Below, piece after piece: positions 57,971 to 64,000 of a DNA stretch of 64,000 nucleotides. Origin of the DNA: Bacillota bacterium (lineage in GTDB: Bacteria; Bacillota; Sulfobacillia; RBS10-35; JAJYVN01); NCBI GenBank assembly GCA_021803205.1, contig JAJZMB010000020.1, forward strand, positions 87,912 to 151,911, read 5' to 3'. Made by a program: the position numbers and the translations under genes. Under the pieces are notes generated by a model. That model was given only the letters and a program-made list of their open reading frames with translations, was not told where the DNA came from and ran no database searches. Each line of letters opens with the position of its first letter. Position 1 is the stretch's first letter.

Positions 57971-58873
57971 CTACCCGAGGCCCCGCACCCACAGGATGAG
58001 ACCGTCCAGGGCATCGATGGGGGCCGAGGGGACGAAGCCCGCCGCCCGCAGGGCCTCCTGCCGGTATCCGAGTTGCCGCGGCAATGCGCACACCACCGGA
58101 CCCGCCGGCCAGGCCATGCTCGCCAAGAGGGCACCGGCATCCGCGCCGCAGTCCGGCCGGACATAGAAGTCGATGGCCCAAGCACCACCCAGGGCCGTGG
58201 CGTCCCGTGCGGACAGGGCGGCCCACCCCACGGCGGCCGGGCCGTGGCGCAGCACGGTCAGCGTCACACCGGCCTGCATCGCCGCGAGGAAGGCCGCCTC
58301 CACATGTCCCGGCCCCACAACCCCCAGGATCCGGCTGCGGGGCAACGGTTCCCCCCCGGTGGGCGGCGCGGCCGCAGCCGCGCTGATCCAGCCCCAGTCA
58401 TCCCAGCGCAGCGGACCCACGGACAGGGGCCCGCCTGGCACGGTCGAGGCATCGGCCGTCGCGAACCAGCACATGCTCCCGCTCCCGGGCGCCACCGGAC
58501 GGAAGCCCACCGCCTCGTAAATCCGGCGGGCATGTCCCGCGGGGTTGGTGCCGAGCGTCAGCACCTGGTAGCCTCGCCCGCGCACGTCGGCATCCAGGGC
58601 TGCAATGACCAGGGTGGAGGCGCGACGCTGGCGCCACTCCGGCACCGTGTACACGTGACCGAGCAGCCCCGCCCCGTGCGCCCCGGCAACCATGGCCACG
58701 CTGATGGGGTCGCCGCCGACACACCCGACGTAGAACAGCGTCTGCAAGCCGCCCAGCGGCCGATCCAACGCCGCCGCGATATGGCCCATGTACACCGGCC
58801 GCTTGTGTCCGAGGAGCCCGGTGATCCTTGGCGCCCAGGCCGTATCCGGACCCTCGACAACGCAGAGTTGCAT
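57971..58873 (-). CDS. GNAT-family N-acetyltransferase (two-lobed)
   Basis: ...LGHVYTVPEWRQRRASTLVIAALDADVRGRGYQVLTLGTNPAGHARRIYEAVGFRP is an acetyl-CoA motif A-like segment. The start is approximate. Confidence 0.6.
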   Translation of the reverse strand: MQLCVVEGPDTAWAPRITGLLGHKRPVYMGHIAAALDRPLGGLQTLFYVGCVGGDPISVAMVAGAHGAGLLGHVYTVPEWRQRRASTLVIAALDADVRGRGYQVLTLGTNPAGHARRIYEAVGFRPVAPGSGSMCWFATADASTVPGGPLSVGPLRWDDWGWISAAAAAPPTGGEPLPRSRILGVVGPGHVEAAFLAAMQAGVTLTVLRHGPAAVGWAALSARDATALGGAWAIDFYVRPDCGADAGALLASMAWPAGPVVCALPRQLGYRQEALRAAGFVPSAPIDALDGLILWVRGLG

Positions 58874-58967
58874 TTCGCTACCATCCGCGAGCCGACCGGC
58901 GCCCAGACCGGTTTCCACGCCCACTCGCCTCCCACCCGTACCGCCGGTCGCCCAGCGGCGCCAGGTC

Positions 58968-59687
58968 TCATCCGTCCCGCCACACCGCATGCAACACTTC
59001 CACCACGCCCGCGGTCGCGGCGCCTCCGGCGACCACGCCGCCGGCACCCGCCACAAAGGCGCACGCCTCGGCCGCGGCGTTGGCCGGACACGCCGGCGTA
59101 CCCACGGCACCCAACATCGCGAGGTCGGCGACACTGTCTCCGATCGCGCAGGCCCGCGCCAGGGCGGCCCCGACCTCCTCCGCCCACCAGCGCACCCCCA
59201 CGCCCTTGTCGAGGCCCGGAGGGAGGAGATCCACCGCCGACTGGGAGTCGGCCAGCGTGTGCGGAACCTCCGCCAGCGCCGCGGCGACCCGCGCGCGCAA
59301 TTCTGCCATGGGACCGCCCGCAGCCGGCACCAGCGTCACCACCACCGACTTGCCAATCTCCTCCAGAGCGGTGCGCATGACCCCGCGCTCGCGCAACCGG
59401 GAGCGCACCGCGGTCCGCCAACCGGACACATCACGGAGCGTGGGCAGGGTCTCCGCCAGGTTCACCGACCACGCCAGGATTGCGCCGTACTCGGCAAGAA
59501 CCGGCGATCGGGCACCAAGGAGGTCCCGGACGGCGAGCACGTACGGAGCGGACCGTCCCGAACAGAGGGTAAACGGAGAACCATCACACACCAGGCGACA
59601 GAGGTCGGCCAGGGACTCCGGCAGGGGGGGCGTAGACGGACTCGGGAGCACGCAGCCGTCGACATCGCTGATCACCCAGGCACGCAA
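58968..59687 (-). CDS. HAD-superfamily hydrolase (subfamily IIB-like)
   Basis: VISDVDGCV (motif I DxDG), ...CSGRS..., ...DLLPPGLDKG...AIGDSVADLAML (motif IV). TTG start; GTG at 59675 is an alternative. Confidence 0.7.
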   Translation of the reverse strand: MRAWVISDVDGCVLPSPSTPPLPESLADLCRLVCDGSPFTLCSGRSAPYVLAVRDLLGARSPVLAEYGAILAWSVNLAETLPTLRDVSGWRTAVRSRLRERGVMRTALEEIGKSVVVTLVPAAGGPMAELRARVAAALAEVPHTLADSQSAVDLLPPGLDKGVGVRWWAEEVGAALARACAIGDSVADLAMLGAVGTPACPANAAAEACAFVAGAGGVVAGGAATAGVVEVLHAVWRDG

Positions 59688-60005
59688 TACGCCACAATCC
59701 TCCCCACCGCTCGGGCCTTGGCGCCGCAGGCCGCCGGCTCAGACCGCCAAAGACGGACGGCCGCGCGCCCATCCCGACAGGAGCGCGGCGGCGGGCACGC
59801 GACCCGTTTGGCGGCGCTCCCGTTCAGCGGCGCCACCGGAGGCCGCGTGCCGCAGGGGAGGAGCGGCCGTTGCCCGCCCGTTCCCCGGGGATTCGGCAAA
59901 GCCAGCGTTGCCGCTGGAGCCCTGCCGGCAATGCGGCATCGCGGCGCCGGGGCGCTGGCGCTTCAATGGGCAAGCGGAACTTCGCCGAAAACCCCGGCCC
60001 CTCCC

Positions 60006-61844
60006 CTATACCGGCTGCACCGCCTCCAACGCGCCGAACTGCCGCCGGTACAGGCTGGCATACAGGCCGTCGGCGGCCACCAGTTCCCGGTGGCTACCCC
60101 GTTCGACCAACCGGCCTTGGTCGAGGACCAGGATCATGTCCGCGTCGCGGATGGTGGAGAGCCGGTGGGCGATGACCAGCGACGTCCGGCCGTGCAGAAG
60201 CCTCCCCAGAGCCTCCTGGATGATGTGCTCGCTCTGGCTGTCGATGTTGGCCGTCGCCTCGTCCAGGATCAGGATGCGCGGATCGGCCAGTAGGGCCCGG
60301 GCGAAAGAGAGCAGTTGCTTCTGACCCTGAGAGAGCCGCGTGCCCCGCTCCCCGACCGGTGTGGCATAGCCCTGCGGCAGCCTGCGGATAAAGCCGTCGG
60401 CACCAATGGCGGCGGCGGCGGCCTCGACCGCCGCATCGGTGGCCTCCAGCCGGCCGTAACGGATGTTGTCGGCCACGGTCCCAGAGAAGATCACCGGGTC
60501 CTGGAGCACCACGGCCAGATGCCGCCGGTAGGAATCCTGCGTCCACAGCCGCAGGTCGTGACCGTCCACCAGCACAGCCCCCGAATTCGGATCATAGAAA
60601 CGCAAAAGCAGCGAGGTCACCGTCGTCTTTCCCGCCCCCGTAGGCCCGACCAACGCCGCGCGGCAGCCTATGGGCAGTTCGAAGTCGAGGTCCTGGAGGA
60701 CGGGCTGCCCAGCTTTGTAGGCGAAGGACACACGCTCAAAGCGCACGTTCCCGGCGATCGCTTCGACCGGCACGGCTTCGTGGGAGTCCCGCACGTCCAC
60801 CGGCTGGTCCAGGACGCCGAACAGCTTTTCCGCGGCGGCCATCGCCTGCTGGATCAGGTTGTACTGCTGCGTGAGGTCTTGGATGGGCTGGAAGAAGCGC
60901 GACAGATAATTGAAGAAGGCCACCAGGACGCCGATGGTGACCACCCCACGCGTAGTGAGAACACCGCCAAAGCCGAGCACGATCACGGTGCCCATCGTGC
61001 CGATTACCGCGACCGTCGGAGCGAACAGATTGTTGACGGCGGCCGCGTCCATGTTGGCGTCCAGGTTGGCCCGGTTCGTGGCGCTGAACTGCCGCACGTT
61101 CTCCCGCTCACGGGCGAACGCCTGAGCCACGCGGATGCCGCTCAGGCTCTCCTCGATGTCCGCGGTCAGGCGGGCGATGGTGTTGCGCACCTCACGGTAG
61201 GCGCGGACCGCCCGCCGCTGGAAGCCGAACGTCGCCACCACCAGGAGCGGCAGCGTGACGAAGGAGGCCAGCGCCAGCATGGGGTTAATGACCAGCATGA
61301 CGACCATGATGCCCACCAGCGTCACTGCGTCTGTGCAGATGCTGACGATGCCGGAGCTGACCAGGTTGCTGAGGGCCGAGATATCGTTGGTGCCCCGGCT
61401 GACCAGGACCCCGACCGGCTCCTGGTCGAAGAAGCTAAAACCCAACGTCAGGAGTTTGTCAAAAAACTGGCGGCGCAGGTCGAGGATGGCGCCGTTGCCA
61501 AGCCGGTTCACCGCGAGCGTTTGCCGCGCCGACACCAGGACGGCGACTAGGCGGGTCCCCAGGTACACCCCCGCGGTCCAGAGGAGGACATTGGCGTGGC
61601 GCTCGGTGATCCCACGGTCAATGGCCACCTTGAGCAGATACGGCCCGGCCAGTGTCATGCACGTGCCGGTGAGCGCGGCGCTGAGGGCGACCCACAGGTA
61701 CCGCCGGTGCGGCCAGGTATAGGAAAGGAGCCGCGCGAAGACCCGCCGGTCGAACGGGCGCTTCTCGGTCCCCGCCAGTTCGCGCAGGTGTCCGAGCCCA
61801 CCGCTGGAGCTCATGCCGCTCGAGCTCATGCCGCTCCAACTCAT
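60006..61844 (-). CDS. ABC exporter, fused permease/ATP-binding protein (second of a pair)
   Basis: ATG lies 8 nt after GGAGGGGGG. GPTGAGKTT, LSQGQKQLL and ILILDEATA. ATGA overlap with the upstream partner. Confidence 0.9.
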   Translation of the reverse strand: MSWSGMSSSGMSSSGGLGHLRELAGTEKRPFDRRVFARLLSYTWPHRRYLWVALSAALTGTCMTLAGPYLLKVAIDRGITERHANVLLWTAGVYLGTRLVAVLVSARQTLAVNRLGNGAILDLRRQFFDKLLTLGFSFFDQEPVGVLVSRGTNDISALSNLVSSGIVSICTDAVTLVGIMVVMLVINPMLALASFVTLPLLVVATFGFQRRAVRAYREVRNTIARLTADIEESLSGIRVAQAFARERENVRQFSATNRANLDANMDAAAVNNLFAPTVAVIGTMGTVIVLGFGGVLTTRGVVTIGVLVAFFNYLSRFFQPIQDLTQQYNLIQQAMAAAEKLFGVLDQPVDVRDSHEAVPVEAIAGNVRFERVSFAYKAGQPVLQDLDFELPIGCRAALVGPTGAGKTTVTSLLLRFYDPNSGAVLVDGHDLRLWTQDSYRRHLAVVLQDPVIFSGTVADNIRYGRLEATDAAVEAAAAAIGADGFIRRLPQGYATPVGERGTRLSQGQKQLLSFARALLADPRILILDEATANIDSQSEHIIQEALGRLLHGRTSLVIAHRLSTIRDADMILVLDQGRLVERGSHRELVAADGLYASLYRRQFGALEAVQPV

Positions 61845-63646
61845 GCCAGCAGCCCCCCTCCGGCCAGGGCGCGATCGCCCGGCGCCAGTTGCAGGTCGTG
61901 GATGCGCCGGTAGAGCGGGGAGGTGCTCAGCAGTTCGGCATGCTTGCCGGTGGCGGCCACGCGGCCTTGCTCCAAAACGACGATGCGGTCGGCGAACATC
62001 ACCGAAGCCAGCCGGTGAGCGATGATGAAGCTGGTCCGGCCCGTCATCAGCCGGCGCAGGGCATCCCAGATCAGGTGCTCGTTCTCGGCATCGACGCTGC
62101 TTGTGGCGTCGTCGAGGATCAGGATGCGCGGATCGGTGAGCAGGGCACGGGCTATGGCCACGCGTTGCTTCTGCCCGCCGGAGAGTCCGACGCCGCGCTC
62201 CCCGACCAGGGTGCGGTAGCCATCCGGCAGGGAGGCGATGAACTCGGCGACATGGGCGGCCTCGGCCGCCGCCACCACCGCCTCGCGGGACGCGCCGGGG
62301 CGGCCGTAACGGATGTTGTCCTCCAGGCTCGCCGAAAAGAGGAACGGGTCCTGGAGCACGAAGCCGATCTGGCTGCGCAGACTGCGCAGATCGAGCGTGC
62401 GCACGTCGTGGCCGTCGACCAGTACGCGGCCCTGTTCGGGATCGTAGAAGCGCGGCACCAACTGCACCAGGGTGCTCTTGCCAGCGCCGGTCATGCCGAC
62501 CAGCGCGACCGATTCTCCGGGATGGACCGCGAGGTCGACGCCCTGCAGAACCCACCGGTCGCCGCCGCCGTAACGGGTCCACACCCCCTCCAGCCGAACC
62601 TCGCCGCGCAAGCGCGGCAAGGTCACGGCGTGCGCCGGCTGCTTGACGCCGCCGCCGGAGTCGAGGATCTCCATGATGCGCTCGGCCGAGGCGCCCGCTG
62701 TGGCGGCCAGGTTCACGAGGAAGCTGATCATGCGCAGCGGAGCGAGCAGAGTGATCACGTAAGCGTTGAAGGCCACGAACATCCCGAGGCTCAGTTGGCC
62801 GTGGACGACCTGCAGGCCGCCGTAGGCCAGTACCGCCACCGTACCCATGGTGGGCATCTGGCTGAGGAGAGGCTGGTACTTGGCCTGCAGCCGCGCCACG
62901 TCCATGCTGCGCTCCAAATAGCCCTGGTTCTCCCGGCGGAAGCGCTCGCGCTCGAAATCCGCCCGCACGAACGCCTTGACCACCCGGATGGAGGAAACCA
63001 CCTCCTGCAACACCGTGGTCAGATCGGCCAACTGCTGCTGCAGGGCCCACGAAGCGGGCTGCAGGCGCCGGCTCATGGTCAGGGTGGTCCAGACAAAGAA
63101 CGGGGCGACGCAGAGGGCGGCAAGTGCCAATCCGGCGTCCAGTCGAAACAGAATCAGCGCAGTGCCGACGAACTGGAACAGCGCCGCCAACGACCCCGGG
63201 GCGGCGCGGCTGATCAGGCGGCGGAGGGTTTCCACGTCCCCCGTGGACCGGCTGAGGAGCTGCCCGGTCTCCTGGCGGTCGAAGTAGTCGAAGCTCTGGC
63301 TCTGCAGGTGCTCATAGAGCGCGGTGCGTGTGCGCAGCATCGTCCGCTGGGCGAGCAGTTCAGAGAGGTACCCGCGGAGGAACTGCAGCACACCGTTGCC
63401 GGCGGCCGCCCCGAGCATGAGGGCGCCGAGTACCACCAGCGCGTGGAGACCGGCGCCGCCCGGCGCCGCCGCCGCTCGCGGACTCCCGGTGGCCGACACG
63501 GCGTGCTTGATCACTGTGACCATGGAACCGGTCAGGTAGGGGCCCACCAACCCGAGCGCCGTGCCCGCGGCCAGACTGAACAGGATGGCCAGGATGAGCC
63601 GGACATCCGGCCGAAGGAACCGGCCGAAGCGCACAAGACTCTTCAA
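61841..63646 (-). CDS. ABC exporter, fused permease/ATP-binding protein (first of a pair)
   Basis: TTG lies 7 nt after GGAAGGAG. GMTGAGKST, LSGGQKQRV and ILILDDATS. Confidence 0.9.
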   Translation of the reverse strand: MKSLVRFGRFLRPDVRLILAILFSLAAGTALGLVGPYLTGSMVTVIKHAVSATGSPRAAAAPGGAGLHALVVLGALMLGAAAGNGVLQFLRGYLSELLAQRTMLRTRTALYEHLQSQSFDYFDRQETGQLLSRSTGDVETLRRLISRAAPGSLAALFQFVGTALILFRLDAGLALAALCVAPFFVWTTLTMSRRLQPASWALQQQLADLTTVLQEVVSSIRVVKAFVRADFERERFRRENQGYLERSMDVARLQAKYQPLLSQMPTMGTVAVLAYGGLQVVHGQLSLGMFVAFNAYVITLLAPLRMISFLVNLAATAGASAERIMEILDSGGGVKQPAHAVTLPRLRGEVRLEGVWTRYGGGDRWVLQGVDLAVHPGESVALVGMTGAGKSTLVQLVPRFYDPEQGRVLVDGHDVRTLDLRSLRSQIGFVLQDPFLFSASLEDNIRYGRPGASREAVVAAAEAAHVAEFIASLPDGYRTLVGERGVGLSGGQKQRVAIARALLTDPRILILDDATSSVDAENEHLIWDALRRLMTGRTSFIIAHRLASVMFADRIVVLEQGRVAATGKHAELLSTSPLYRRIHDLQLAPGDRALAGGGLLA

Positions 63647-64000
63647 CGGTGCACTCCTTCCGCATGTCGGGTCCGCAGGGTAGCGCGTCCACGGACGGAC
63701 CGCCCGCCATGAGCGGCGGAGCGGGCTCCTGTATTCACGGCCGAAATGGTCCCCCTGCCATGGAGTGGCCGGCGCCGCGCAACGAGCACGGGCCGCGGGC
63801 GCCGGCCGCGGGCACGAGACTGCCGCACCTGTACCGCAAGGCATCGCACCACAGGCATCTTCGATCCGTCCGCTCGCCCCTCACGGCCCGGCAGGGGCGT
63901 CGAAGGCGAAAACGCCAGTATGTTCGCGACGATTGTACTCTCCCCGGAGTTCCGCGTCTCGTGTGAACAATTACTCTCATATCGAATGCGCAGCACGCGG

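Overview
This is a very GC-rich window (roughly 70% or more by eye) with strong GGAGG-type Shine-Dalgarno sites. At about 14 of my gene calls the only start placed correctly behind the SD is GTG, TTG or CTG. The gene content includes SLH domains, MurT/GatD, a FemX-like enzyme, CcdA, an Rv0247c-type Sdh and MenA-like prenyltransferase. That fits a high-GC Firmicutes/Terrabacteria-type chromosome (Thermaerobacter, Symbiobacterium or Limnochordia-like), but this is inference only.

I support about 45 protein-coding genes:
- three ABC exporter half-transporters, one followed by a DUF1854-like ORF
- carbohydrate genes: GH29 fucosidase, gnd, mgsA, two Gfo/Idh/MocA oxidoreductases, two xylose-isomerase-like TIM barrels, a PFK-like kinase with a class II aldolase, and a FucI-like isomerase
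- two orphan TAT-lipoprotein solute-binding proteins
- cell-envelope genes: murT-gatD, femX-like, a 3x PG-binding protein and a DUF1906-3xSLH protein
- a D-amino-acid module: D-aminoacylase, a D-Thr-aldolase-like PLP enzyme and RidA
- aspA, a ClC channel, ccdA and an SCO1-like lipoprotein

I found no rRNA, tRNA, CRISPR array, transposase, integrase or recognisable defence genes, so I cannot point to a convincing new multi-gene system.

The most interesting unexplained signals are:
1. A family of four ~100-nt structured intergenic repeats with conserved helices and mutually exclusive pairings.
2. A decayed sdhC'-'sdhA-sdhB locus bracketed by a second ~40-bp inverted repeat.
3. A solute-binding protein fused to a ConA-like jelly-roll domain.
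4. A signal-less 3x PG-binding protein with a Cys-rich C-terminal domain next to murT/gatD.
5. Several eroded genes (a PolX/PHP remnant and a 1-kb frame-hopping gap).

All start codons were chosen by eye from SD spacing and homology. They should be treated as approximate.
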